Notes: generated by a model from the sequence alone, not told the origin. Counted from the stretch's first letter, positions 38,401-50,132 are shown. The stretch is 64,000 bases of DNA from Marsupella aquatica (GCA_973895155.1 OZ316899.1:4591241-4655240), one strand, 5' to 3'. Numbers and translations are program-made.

Positions 38401-39753
38401 GTATCGCCTTACACTAGCAAAAAATTGTCATGTTTTAAATTATTTTGAAAATTGTGACTTTTAATGACACATTTTTAGATTGTCTAGTTTGCTTGTAACA
38501 GTAAATTTTTGTTCGTAACAGGAAAATTTTTGCTCGTAACAGTAAATTTGTTTCCTATGTGCTGTCACGGTGAAAACCCTTGTTGGCGTCTAGCCTTAAC
38601 CATGGAAAAGTAAAATTTAGAGAGCTTGTCCCCTTGACCAAGCCATTTAATCCGAGAAAGCCGACGGTAGTGATGTGCCGCTTCCAAGTCCAGCGCCCGG
38701 ACACACTCCTCCATGGAAACATAGTCACGGATGCTGCCCATAGAGTAATCCTCCATAATGCTCATTTTCAGTAGGCGTAGCTTATCTTTTAGTAATGCCA
38801 ATTCCACCTCTCGAGGTTGTTTAACAGTCTGAAGCTCCATGTAGCAGATACAGAACCTTTGATAAGCCTGGGCAAATTTTTAAGTGTGGGTCAGCAATAG
38901 GTCCCACCTCCACCACCCAAGCCAATCTAAGTTTTTCCAAATTGGCAGTGTCTCGTAGCACGGCAGGATTAGCCTTAAAGTAAGTGGCTCTTCGAATTCC
39001 AGACTCAACCACGCAAATGGGACCCAAACGGAAAGTCACAATCACCAGATCATGATCAGACAGAGCCGAAGGCCCATCATGGGCAAGCTCAATTATTTTG
39101 TCCGTCCATCTCCCCTTATCATTGAAATAGAACCTGTCAAGATGTGATTGGATCAACAAACCACGGCGTACCCTGCGCCAGGTGAACCTAGACCCAGTAA
39201 TCTTGTTCAGAACAGTTAACACATCTTGTAAATCCAAACGAGTAGATAGAAATCTCCAGAATTCCAGTTCTCTCCCACCAATCAAAGAGGAGAGACCAGT
39301 TGAGTCACTCCACTACTCTGTCATGTTAAAGTCCCCACAAAGAATCCATTGATCACAAAGCAACTCATCTTTCAGTTCATTCCACAACTGTAGACGCTCT
39401 CCAGTAAAATTTGGTGCATATATATTAACCAGGCCAAAATTTCCTTCATCGTGTGCAAGTTGCACCCATACAGCTTGACCCTTGTCCAACCTACCAGTAG
39501 CAAGGATAGTGAAGGAAGGATGAAGGAGTGCAGTGCCCCCCCTGCCATCATCAGGTGACAAAAAGAAGTGATGGTATGAAGGTAAAATGGTTCGTAAAGC
39601 AAGATCCAACCTAAAGCCATCAGCTTTCACTTCTTATAGCGCCAAAGCCTCCAAGGGGCTACGAAGAGAGGAGATCCATCTAAGAATCACCAATTTTCTA
39701 TCAGGGTCACAGAGACCGCACACATTCCAAGAAGCAAAGTGGAAGACCTTCAT
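35448..39753 (-). pseudogene. LINE ORF2: APE endonuclease, reverse transcriptase, zf-RVT
   Basis: MKVFHFASWNVCGL, WILCGDFNM, SHLDRFYF, LSDHD, KAPGIDG, WRPLTML, QTGFIPGR, FEKAFDRV, GVRHGCPLSPLLF, LFADD, KYLGAPF, CTLC...ETIPHIFLLC and WSIWLARN. Confidence 0.95.
38203..38579. mobile_element. MITE (~377 bp) inserted in LINE ORF2
   Basis: TIRs GGGTATAACCACCGTGACAGCA and (reverse complement) GGGTTTTCACCGTGACAGCA. Flanks are a degraded ~11-bp duplication (TTGCTAGCGTT / TTGTTGGCGTC). Removal restores KARRQQEQMESL. Confidence 0.8.
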
Positions 39754-41699
39754 CTACCACCATTCCGACAGGAGTGTTAACTCCGAGTGTATTTGACACT
39801 CCCTAGATTACTGTAGCACTTGGTCAACAGCAATTCCGCAAGCAAGGTCGGTCAGAACAGTCTCCACGGGGGGTGTGTAGGATTGCAGAATCAGAGTATC
39901 CTCGGTTTTTAGTTTGTAGGTCAATAAAGTACACAAAGCACAATAGTTGTGATCGTAAATGTGTGCACTAAAAGTAACCCAGTCTTTTGTAAGTCGTTTT
40001 ATCACATCAAAACTTACCCATGCACCTTCCAGACTCCCACCAGGTTGCATTTGTCTCAAAAGATCAACGCCTGATTTATGACTGATCAAAGTCATCTTGA
40101 ATATGTGAGGACGGTCTCCTTGAGATCCTTGACCTGGTAGGAGGTACCTTTGGAGGAAAGGCATGTTGATATTTCTTTGATATTGAACAAGAAAATCTAA
40201 TTCACCACGACCTTTCTGGTCCTGTCTAAGACTACAGAAAAGGGACGCAAAATTTGGGGGTGTAGAAACTACCACGAGCGACTCAAAAATCTCTGTATCT
40301 TCAATATCTTGAATATCTTCCATACTTTCACACAAGGACTTCACAAAGGACCATGTCGCAACATTTTTCCTTCCAATTTCTTTTTGATAACCTCCTCAAA
40401 AATCTTCTCTGCGCTCCTCAAAAATACCTTTCTTGACGGATGGTTGTGGATACCCATATGAATTGCTAAGCGGGACATTTGAGTACAGGTTTTTGAGTCA
40501 AGTATAACCTGAGGGTACATGTAAAATAACCATGCTAGACAGGAACACAAAATGGGACCTGATCACAAAATTGGCAAACAACTTCACCTTCATCAATGAA
40601 TGAGCCAACACGATGTTGCCCGCCCAGTTTGGGGGTTCCAGCCCAAGCCTTTTGGTTCCTCCTTTTCTTCCGCCAAAAATAGTCACAACTATTATTCCTA
40701 CACTCAATGAAACCCGCGCACGTTACTTTACCAACTTCCCAATATTTTTTGGGCTGGACGTTAGCTAATGTAGGAAATATTCTGGTCCAGATGTAGCAAT
40801 CTTTTGACCGGTCCATGTTGCATAGGTGTGACCCCTTTGAAAGAGCTCTCGGTGCAGGAGGCAACTCAAAATACAACATTTCCATTGTATTTCTTTGGCA
40901 AACAGTCGACTTGCTCATGCCAAAAGTCCCCAACTCCGATGAACCTTGAGATTTCATTGAAACCAGTTGACTTGAGAATGGTATCCATTGCACTTCTCCG
41001 ATACATGGTGCATTGCAAGATTGAGGACTGCCAAAGGAGGCAAAAAGTCTCCAGTCCTTTCACTAATCCAAAAGGACTGTCAACGGCCAAGATTAGCACA
41101 TCTAAAGTCAAAAAGGACTTAAACAAATCAAATGCGTATAAGACGCATTCATTAGTATTTCAACTCCTGAGGTAACCCCTTTCTTGTTGCAACTATAATT
41201 TATGAGTGAAGGACAACCGATTTTCTAGGAGAGTGCTGACGCTATTAGTTCTGCATGGAGGACTTTTCAAAAACAAGGAGTCAAAGTCCTTTGGGGAAAC
41301 TCATTTTTTGTCCCGACATGTAATTTATAGTTGGACAACTAGTTGTGTGGGAGAATGTCGTCGGCGCTACTAGTTCCGCAGGGAATTTTGAAAATATAGG
41401 AGTGAGAGTCCTTCTCACTTAGGCGCAAGCTACAATTTGTTCAGAAAGTATCAAAGCCGAGCGCAAGGGTCCATACTTACCCTTGTGAAGCACAAGATGG
41501 ATGCCTCTGTGAGAATTCACTCAAGAGTAGTTGTGCGATGATGTGAGATTCAAGATGTTCTAATTTGTGTTTCCTTCAAAGCATGGGGAATGAGCTCATG
41601 CAAAAAGCAGGGTAGGGTTTACCTAAAGCTCTGCCAAACATCCAATCAAGCTGCAAATTTAATTTGCGTCTGAAGCTTTGCGGATGACATTCAAATCCG

Positions 41700-42600
41700 A
41701 GCATGAGCAAGGGGAATGAGCGCAAAAAGGAGGGCGATGAAGCTGCAAGTTTTATTAGGGTCTGAAGCATTGCTGATGATGATGGGAACTTTGGGAAAGA
41801 GTGCAAAGGAGGTCTGAAGAGGATCAAAGGGTTGAACATTGACTCAAATCACTCACTAGCAACCATCATCGGCAGAATTGAGGTAAATATATGTCTCAAT
41901 GCTTTTGTTTTCAAAGAGGAGGTTTTTCTTTGCATTGAAGAAGCAAGGACGTTGGACAGAGTATGTGATGATTGACAGAATCAAAGTAACTTAAATTTTG
42001 AAAGGCTTTGTTTGTTAACAAGAGTTCAAGTTGCGTTATAGTCTGGAATGACCAACAATGGCCTTTAAAATACCTAGCCTTGTGGAACGCAAAATAGGTA
42101 GCAACTCTGGAAAGTTCTATGATTGGGTTAAATTGATTGAAAGAGCAAGATCCATGGTATGATGTGAGATCCATGCTCTGATAAATCCGTGTTGCCTTCA
42201 GAGCATGGGGAATGAGTGCAAAAAGGAGGTTCAATGAAGCTACAGATTTATTAGGGTCTGAAGCTTTGCTACCGACGTACATTTGAATCCAAATAGGAAC
42301 TTCAAGAAAGAGCATGGAGAGGAAGGTCAAGTAGTCAATCAAATCAGTATTGGTAGCTATTGTGAACAGAATTGAGGTACATTAAATTAAATTGATTTGC
42401 TTTTGTTTTGAAGAGGAGAAGTTGCTTTGGACTGGAGAAGCAAGGACACTAGCTAGACACAGTATTTGATGATTGGCACAATTTAGGGAGTTCCCAGTTT
42501 GAAAGGCTTTTATCAGGGCTTTTCTTTTTCAAGAGGAGAAGTTGCATTGGACTCGATCAGGAAGGGTAGCAAGTCTAGAGATTAAATGTGATGATTTTGT
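41700..42600. repeat. Diverged ~500 bp direct duplication plus shorter AAGAGGAG...GATGATT repeats
   Basis: GGGGAATGAG(C/T)GCAAAAAGGAGG...TTATTAGGGTCTGAAGC...CAGAATTGAGGTA at ~41710-41885 and ~42205-42380. Confidence 0.75.
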
Positions 42601-44199
42601 GAGGTATATTCTAAGTCATGAATTGAAATTGGATCCCTGGTACGTAGGTGAATTTGATTCTATGAGGGTCGGCGGCCTTTGATTGGTAAAGGAAGTTGAA
42701 CACCCCAACGTATTTGATGCTCCGTGATTAGGCTGAAATGGCTACTCTTAATCAGGTATCCAATGCCCTAGCAAGAGAGAGGTTGGAGAAGCGAAGGTTG
42801 GCAAATTGCAAATCCAAGTTGAAAAGACAAGAGCAAATAGCAAACGGTCAGCACATAGGTGGTCAACAGGCAGTTCCCACTGATGAAATGATTCATGAAA
42901 CACAACAACAGTGCAATCTCATGATGGAGAGTGCTAAGCAGCAATGTCAAGATTTAGTGATTGATGGCAACCAAAGGCAAAGAGAGTTATTGGCTGCTGC
43001 GCAATCAGAGGGAATGAGAATTACTAGTGAGGCTCATGAAGCTGCCGCTGTGATGTTGCGTACAGCCCGGGAAGAAAGTGAAAATCTCAAGGAGGCTGCG
43101 CATTCATGCCATTTTGAGATTTTAGAGTCTAGGCAGAGGACCCTAAGGGCAAGCATTCCAACACAGGTCAATGCCCACATTCAAATGCCGAGGCAGAGGA
43201 CCCAAACTGCTTGCACTCAAGTGCATGCAGCCCACCTTCATCCACTAAATGAAGGTGAGCACGATAATTGTGGTTGTGATGACCAATTGGAGGAAGATTC
43301 CATTCTTGAGAAGAGGAGGAAGGATGCAGACAGGAAGAGATTTGAGTACCAAAGGAGCAAGCGCTCTGTTCCAGAAGACGGTGTAACTCCCAACCGAAAG
43401 AGAAGGTGCATTACAATTGTGTTATCAGATATAGTTAGGTACATTTTGGAGAAGACCGCTACATTCAATGTAGGTGCAAGGAGGGCAGTACTATCTGGTA
43501 TCTGGTTGCACAAATACTTGAAGAAGTACCAGCCTACAAGACTAGGTTCGCCTAAAATGGATTGGGTTGTAGCTGCTACATTATGTGATGTGAGGAAAAC
43601 CTTGAGCATAGTGAAGCAAGGGAAGCGCAAAGACCATCTTGCTGCAAAGTACCAAGTTTTGTCAGCACTTGTAGGAAAGACATGTGTAGATAGAATGTAG
43701 CAGACCTCTCTAGCTCAAGCTTTGGGTATACAACGGCAAAATCTTCATAGGACATCTAAGATCAGGACGCAGATTGATGAAGATTGTGAAAAAACTTATC
43801 CTATGGGGGAAAGAAAGGTACGTCGAGATAAGATTTCTGATGAAGTTCGAAAACAGGTGGAACACTTTTGGGAAACCCACACTCGGATTTCTCCATGTAA
43901 GAACAATGAAGCCAGATTGCGACTAGGGCGGAAAATGTATGAAACACATCAAGTGCACTGGCTGGAGGATACACAGGTGAGAATTCTCCATGATTGATTT
44001 GCCACTTTTGATTTTAACTCATAATACGATCTGCAGATGTTGAGAAGTAGTTTTCCTTCATGTGTGCTTTAGCCATTGTGCTCTACTGTAACCGCCTAGT
44101 TTTTTTCTTTAAGGTAGGATCTGAATAATTTTGTGAGACCTGACGTCCTATATAGCCTAGTAGGATGGACTCTGTTCCAGGAAAATTCCTTCAAGACTG

Positions 44200-45460
44200 A
44201 CTATCTAGGCCTTCAGGAAGCACTGTTGAATCCTTGTCAAGTGAAGTCTGGCATGAGAAACGAGTTGAGTCCTTGGCAAAGTACTATCTAGTTAATCACT
44301 AAGGACTATATAGTCCTTGACTCAGGAGTATGGATAGCAGTGAAGTCCTTAGTCAATTGAAGTACTTTACTCCTTGGATAAAAACTATACTCCTTAGCCA
44401 AGGGCTTCACTAAGCGTCAAGGACTATATAGTCCTTAGCCAAGGACTCTACTCCTTTGCCCAGGACTATATAGTCCTTATCAAAGGACTTTACTACTTTG
44501 TAAAGGACTATAGTCCTTTCTGAAGGACTTTACTACTTTGTAAAGGACTATAGTCCTTTCTGAAGGACTTTACTACTTTGTAAAGGACTTCAGTCCTTTC
44601 TAAAGGACTTCACTCCTTTGTGAAGGACTATTAATAGTCCTTACTCGAGGACTTTACTACTTTGTAAAGGACTATAGTCCTTACTCAAGGACTTTACTAC
44701 TTTGTAAAGAACTATAGTCCTTTCTCAAGGACTTTACTCCTTTGTGAAGGACTATTAATAGTCCTTACTAAAGGACTTTACTACTTGGTAAAGGACTGTA
44801 GTCCTTACTCAAGGACTTTACTACTTTGTAAAGGAATATAGTCCTTTCTCAAGGACTTTACTCCTTTGTGAAGGATTATTAATTAATAGTCCTTCCCCAA
44901 GGACTTTACTCCTTCCCCAAGGACTTTACTCCTTTGTAAAGGACTATAGTCCTTTCTCAAGGACTTTACTCCTTTTAAAAGGACTACTAATAGTCCTTGG
45001 ACTTTACTCCTTGGTACGGGCCTTTGTAACGGACTATAGTCCTTACTCAAGTGTTTACTCCTTTGTAAAGGACTATAGTACTTACTTAAGGACTTTACTC
45101 CTTTGTAAAGGACTATAGTCTTTATTCAAGGATTGTAGTCCTTATTGAAGTACTTTGCTCCTTTGTTTAGGACTTTAGCCCTTGTGTAAGGATTGTAGTC
45201 CTTATTGAAGTACTTTACTCCTTTGTCGAGGACTGTCTTTAGTCCTCATCCGAGGACTAAGTAGTCCTTCGATAAGGACTTTAATCCTCTGTCAAGGACT
45301 ATAGTCCTGGGTTGTGTTACATCTATAGACTAGTCCTTTGTCAACGAGTGAAGCGCTTTGACCAAATGATTGTAGTACTCCTCCCCGATGAACTTTAGTC
45401 CTTAAGCTTTGCTGGTAGTCTTCCAATGAGGATTCCAACCCTTACTGAAGGACTTCAGTC
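44200..45460. repeat. Intronic array of palindromic motifs (AAGGACTATAGTCCTT / AAGGACTTTACTCCTTT)
   Basis: Dozens of GGACT and AGTCC/ACTCC half-sites with ~17-19 bp spacing and ~35-75 bp higher-order units. Confidence 0.92.
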
Positions 45461-45558
45461 TAAAAGTAAGTAGTACCCAGATATCTAGGGATTTTGGATG
45501 GCTGCACATTTGAGGGTGTCTATTTGCTATAGTATTTCTAATAAAACTGTCCTGTATG

Positions 45559-45582
45559 TTTAGGGTTTAGGGTTTAGGGTTT
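45559..45582 (+). repeat. Interstitial (TTTAGGG)3 telomere-like repeat abutting a splice acceptor
   Basis: TTTAGGG x3, then TTTACAG|exon at 45587. Confidence 0.9.
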
Positions 45583-48500
45583 ACAGTATCAATTCTATTC
45601 AGCATTTTGTGACTGGTGCACAAGGGAGCAGAATGGGGTGTTTGTAGGGATGCGGTCATTCATATACTTCAAGCCATATTATGTTCGCAAGATGAAGGAC
45701 CAAAATGTTTGTTGCTGCAAACAACATGTGGAGATGGACTTACTGAAAGAGGCAATTAACAAATTTAGGTGGCACCAGCACAGTAAGGACTATCCTTGTG
45801 AATGTGATATCTGTAGACCCTTAGGTGTTGTACCCATTTCTTCTTGTATGGCATCTACAAAGTCCATAACCTCAGTTCGTGGTTGGATAGAGGAAGCTCT
45901 CTGTCCTAGATTGCCTGAGAACGAGTGGCACCAAAAAGCCTGTATTATAGGTGAATGTGACAAATGTGGAGTAGAGAAGTTGGATTGGTGCACTCAGGAG
46001 TTGGACCCTGCACAGAAACAAATGATCGATTGGCAGTTGTTTGAATCCTGGATGACACTGCCCAACAAAAGAGAGAGAAAAAGAAAGGGTATGAAGAGAG
46101 CGCAACAACGAAGGCTAGGCGATTGAGGATGGTTTATAAGAAAACTCCCATGGTAGATTTTAAGAGGGCGGTGTTGGATACCATGAAAACATTTATTGTG
46201 CATAACTTTTGAGCACATTGGCAGTCGCAACAATTTAGACAATGTCTCAAAAATTTCCAAGAGGGACAATTGTTTCTTCAATAGATTTTTCAGAAAATTA
46301 CACTTTTTTGCCTCAAAATGAGATTCAGAGTCAACATTGGGACAATAAGCAAGTGACATTGTTAATCCATGTTACCTATAGACATAGGGAAGATGCCGAT
46401 TCACTTTGAAGTTGTAGTGGGTAGGCCTGTGAAAGCAGCACAAAATGCTGACAGGACTCATGATATTATAGCCGATTACCATTTCTACATTAGTGACGAT
46501 AACTGTCACGACACTCTTTTTGTGCAACATTGCATGGATGCACATTGGGAGTGGATGGCTAATCAGGGCATTCATGTTGATCAACATTGGGTTTGGTCTG
46601 ATGGGGCTGACTCTCAGTTCAAGGCCTGCAGACCATTTTATTACGTCAGTAGGTACTACCCAAGGTTTGGTGCACGGATGAAATAGTTCTTCCATGCCTC
46701 TGGCCATGGGAAGGGTGTTGTTGTGAGTATCTTTTGAACACACTTTGCAACCAATTCTGTGAATACCCGCCTTTCAACTGAAGTGTAGTAAGTTTCTAAT
46801 GGAGTTGGATGTCCAGACTTGCACACCTAAGAGACTTCTAATTTGTGTTACTGGTATGCTGTAATAGGATGCTCTCGGAGGTCACATCAAGACTGGGCTT
46901 GCAACTGAGCAACTGAAAGGCATCAATGGTCATCGTCTGGAGGGTGCATCAGATGTGGTGAAGTTTTGCAAAGACAAGTTTGTCGTTGGTCAATTGCAAG
47001 AGTATGGTGATGTGCAACTCGTTCGACGTGTTTTTTGGGAAATTCCAGTTGGCACTGTAAACAGAAGGAAGAAGTGGGATTGTGATCCAATCAAGGATTG
47101 GAGATCTTTGCACTGCTTTGATGGATTTAGTAAGAGTTTGTCAACATTGTTGCAAGTTCAAGAGCTCAGTTGTTTTTGTGTAGCTTGTGTTGATGATGAT
47201 CCAATGAATTGTGAGAACAAGGAATGGGTAGGCAAGTATCGCCTGGAGATGGTCAAAGGGGTATTGGAGGCAGATGTTAGACCTAATGTACAGAACATGG
47301 GAGAGGGTGAAGGACTGCTTGACGACATCTCTCTGCCAAAATGTGTCCAATTGGGAGATTTCTATGCATGTCGTGCTCGTCAACCGAATCAAGATAATGT
47401 AGATTTCTACATTTATCAGTGTGAAGAGGTGCTCCACACAGTCACAAAGAGTTTTGCTGATGGGTACCAGGTACAATTCAAGGCAGGGGACATGGCCTTA
47501 AAGGGGAGGTGGTTCCAACCATATCCAGGATCAGAAAACAAGTTTGTCTTCAATTCTGCTTCTCCTTTCAGCTACTGCCACCCAGGGGAAGTCATTCACA
47601 TTCAATTTGGTTTGACACCATGTGACGTGCCCAAGGGAGGCAAGGGACGAGGTGCTAGATTTTACACACTAGACTCAGACACTATAGAAGCCATTTATGA
47701 CTTGCTGCAGGTGTAGGTTCTGTAAGACTTGGATGTGTGTGATGAGGATATTCAAAGTTTCAATCTCGTAGGTGAGGCTAGTTTTGTCTTACATGAAGAT
47801 TCCAAGAATTCTGTCTCGTAGGCGAGGCTGGTTTTTATGGAACTGTAAAATTGTTCAGAGATTTAAGGCGCGCGTTGACTTATTTTTCACCTTCATTTCA
47901 TTTTAGCATCAACAATGGTTGGTCACAACCCTTCAGGCAGAACCAGTAACATTGTGTAAGTACTGTTGTAATGGTAGTCTCCCTCAACAGTGTCGGAATG
48001 ACTAAGTGTCATTATACTTTTTTGACAAAACATACAAATCTATCATCTTTGACTATTTTTCACTTCTAATCATAAACTCCAAAAGTGGTGAATCTTAAGC
48101 CGTGGCTTCTACTATCTACAATCTCTATGCTAACAATTTTTAAGACTTTTTCTGAGTAGCTAAAGTGCCTCAATAAAATTGCAGAAAAGTGCTTACGTAG
48201 CACAAACCCTAAATCCATCCATATCCATGAACAGATTCCTTGTCGCCTAAATACTTGATGTCTTCAGGTTCTTTCCATGGTTTCCCATTCTACTCGTCCG
48301 ACCCTGAAGGGGCTTTACTAGGACAATATTGAATATCTATCCCAGTGGGAGTTTTATTGGTTTTGAGGCAATTGGTCTCTCAATTGAGAGAGTTAAATTA
48401 TCATTTTCGCATGTACTCAATATTACATATTCAATATTTCACCGGCGGGGCAATAATTTTGATCACGTTGGGGACACCCGCATGGTTCTGTTGCTCGCCA

Positions 48501-48925
48501 TGACTAAAGAACAATAGAAAAAAATCACATAAACCATAATAATGCACTTTGCCAGTAGATCAAAGTAAAGCGGGTCTGGAGAAGTGTCCCATGTTGAAGC
48601 CAGACATTATCCCGCAAGGAATTTGCAGCACCCACACGTAGACAGGATCTTAGTGGAAACAAAAGATGAAATGTATGGAGCTTTCGTGACCAAACCACTC
48701 AATTATAATAGACATGAATGTGGGCATGAATAACATGTGTGGTTTTCTTCAAACTCTGTAAATTGTAACCAGGGACCAAATTCTGAGATGAATACATAGT
48801 TGGTAAGAAAAAGTCTTACAATGAAAACAAGGCTCCCAAGGCCTCAATCCCCAACAAAGTATCATCCAAAACCAGATGATTTAACCCAGCCATCCGAAAC
48901 CCTTCCTCTTGTATAGTTTGACTGC

Positions 48926-49497
48926 CTACTTTTTGATGCTAAAAGACCTGAATGTCTCCCGTATGTCTGACCCTAGGTCAGCAACAATATTCTTAAGCTT
49001 GCTAAGGCCAACTTTGGCCACAGACGACTTGTCTGCTGGAGTCTCAACTTTGATTTCTTCAAAGTACAATGCTCGAGGCAGATCTCCTCCTTTGTCACCC
49101 TTGACATACCTGATGATCCAAGTCCTTGCCAAAACCTGATCCCTGATCTCATCTCTCCTCTCATCATCAGAATCCCTATAGTCCTGGCCCGAGATCCCCA
49201 TCAACTGCAGACCATTAGCTTCATTCACTTGAAGCACCACATCGCCAACCTGCACAGCAAAACAGTACCATCCCTAGAACAAGAGTGCTGGAGTCTGTTG
49301 CGTGATCGAGGACCTAAAGGTGACTCAGGATTCTGCATTCTCAACCTCTGTTTGTGCTTTCCCAAGGTGCAGGGACGGCCGTCACTCAAAACTCCCCCAC
49401 AGCCTTCATAAGTAAAGGCTCCAGCACATAGACCCCATATCTGATCAATCCTGACCTCATGGAGAGTATCATGTAGGCTAAGCTTCTCCATCTGCAA
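48926..49497 (-). CDS. Possible RPA1 C-terminal (DBD-C)-like OB-fold ORF, frameshifted
   Basis: Acceptor TTTTGCAG|ATG. Reads AFTYEGCGG...GRPC, then WYCFAVQVGDVVLQVNEANGLQLMGISGQDY...QVLARTWIIR. This resembles the YxxC...C...Y-x-F-x-V-x-V-x-D...G-x-S-A pattern of Rep_fac-A_C. Confidence 0.4.
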
Positions 49498-49564
49498 AAC
49501 TGAAGCATCTCATTCTCAAAATCAAGAATTCAACAGTTTGAACCAAACTAACTAACCAAAGACT

Positions 49565-50015
49565 CTTGCACTTTCTCACTCCACAGACTTTTGCAAGGAT
49601 TTCTCAAGTCCTTGGTAAATCCTTAGAGTCCTTACCAAAGGACTTAGCCAAGGACTTAGTGTTCTTGTCAACGGACTAAGTGTCCTTGCCCAAGGACTCC
49701 AGTCCTTTCCCAAGGACTCCCTATCCTTGACCAAGGACTCCCTATCCTTTCCCAAGGACTCAGTGTCCTTGACGGACTCCCTATCCTTTCCCAAGGACTC
49801 CGTGTTCTTTCCCAATGACTACTAGTCCTTTCCCAAGGATTCTGCCCAAGGACTCCAAGTCCTAGTCATGGCCGAAGGACTCCCAATCGTTGCCCCACGA
49901 CTCCAATAAGGACTTCAAGTGCTTATGAAGGACTTCAAGTGCTTATGAAGGACTTCAAGTGCTCAAGCGAGAACTGAAAGTCCTTAAGAAGGACTTGAAC
50001 TCCTTGGCCCTTGTT
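49565..50015. repeat. Second GGACT/AGTCC motif array (CCAAGGACTCCCTATCCTT; AAGGACTTCAAGTGCTTATG x3), in a predicted intron
   Basis: Lies between a minus-strand donor CAG|GTAACT (~50110) and an acceptor at ~49495. Confidence 0.88.
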
Positions 50016-50132
50016 GTCCGAGTCCTGCTAGAGTGACAAACCATAATGACAACCAAAGGCAAACAAATAAAGGACAAAAGAACATCACAAGGTAGGAAAC
50101 CCATAGTTACCTGCTTGATCTCTACAACTAGT

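Larger units (their letters stand above)
35088..39894 (-). mobile_element. L1-clade LINE, 5'-truncated within the end of ORF1
   Basis: TSD AGTATCCTC at 35079-35087 and 39895-39903. A-rich (TAAAA)n/(TAA)n tail at 35088-35121 on the minus strand. ORF2 inside. Confidence 0.92.
13156..41400 (-). pseudogene. Mutator-like (MULE-type) DDE transposase gene with N-terminal C/H-rich (WRKY/GCM-like) domain and C-terminal SWIM finger, split by copia and LINE insertions
   Basis: Pieces 41126-40341 (TCAGFIECRNNSC...CQFC...HMGIHNHP), 40344-39904 (WVSFDVIKR, D1), 34923-34455 (FMADNAQAGW, D2), 34159-33785 (TRSESIHASMK, E), 14309-13400 and 13385-13156 (YFVQICIFPTCSCED...SCKHLYWIF, SWIM; stop at 13156). Removing the copia and one ATTCC rejoins the frame: KSLKRK*HASGN-ILPQDSHRHDK. 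Confidence 0.8.
42738..47716 (+). pseudogene. Sola2-like DDD transposase gene, spliced, with stops and frameshifts
   Basis: Exon 42738-43976 (in-frame TAG at 43698), phase-0 intron 43977-45586, then exon from 45587. Motifs CCCKQHVEM, CIIGECDKCG, IDFSENYTF (46284), NEIQSQHW, ISDDNCHDTLFV, WSDGADSQFK, ASGHGKG, DALGGHIK and SCFCVAC. The superfamily call comes from my recollection of Sola2 motifs. Confidence 0.72.

Noticed and set aside
39808-40344. 178-aa ORF as a single gene
   Set aside because: It is chimeric: MULE transposase down to the TSD at 39895-39903, then the tail of LINE ORF1.
44200-45460. CRISPR-like palindromic repeat array
   Set aside because: Sequences between palindromes are themselves repetitive rather than unique spacers, and the array lies in a predicted spliceosomal intron.
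49576-49815. 79-aa ORF MGKNTESLGKDRESV...
   Set aside because: Translation of the GGACT array; low complexity.
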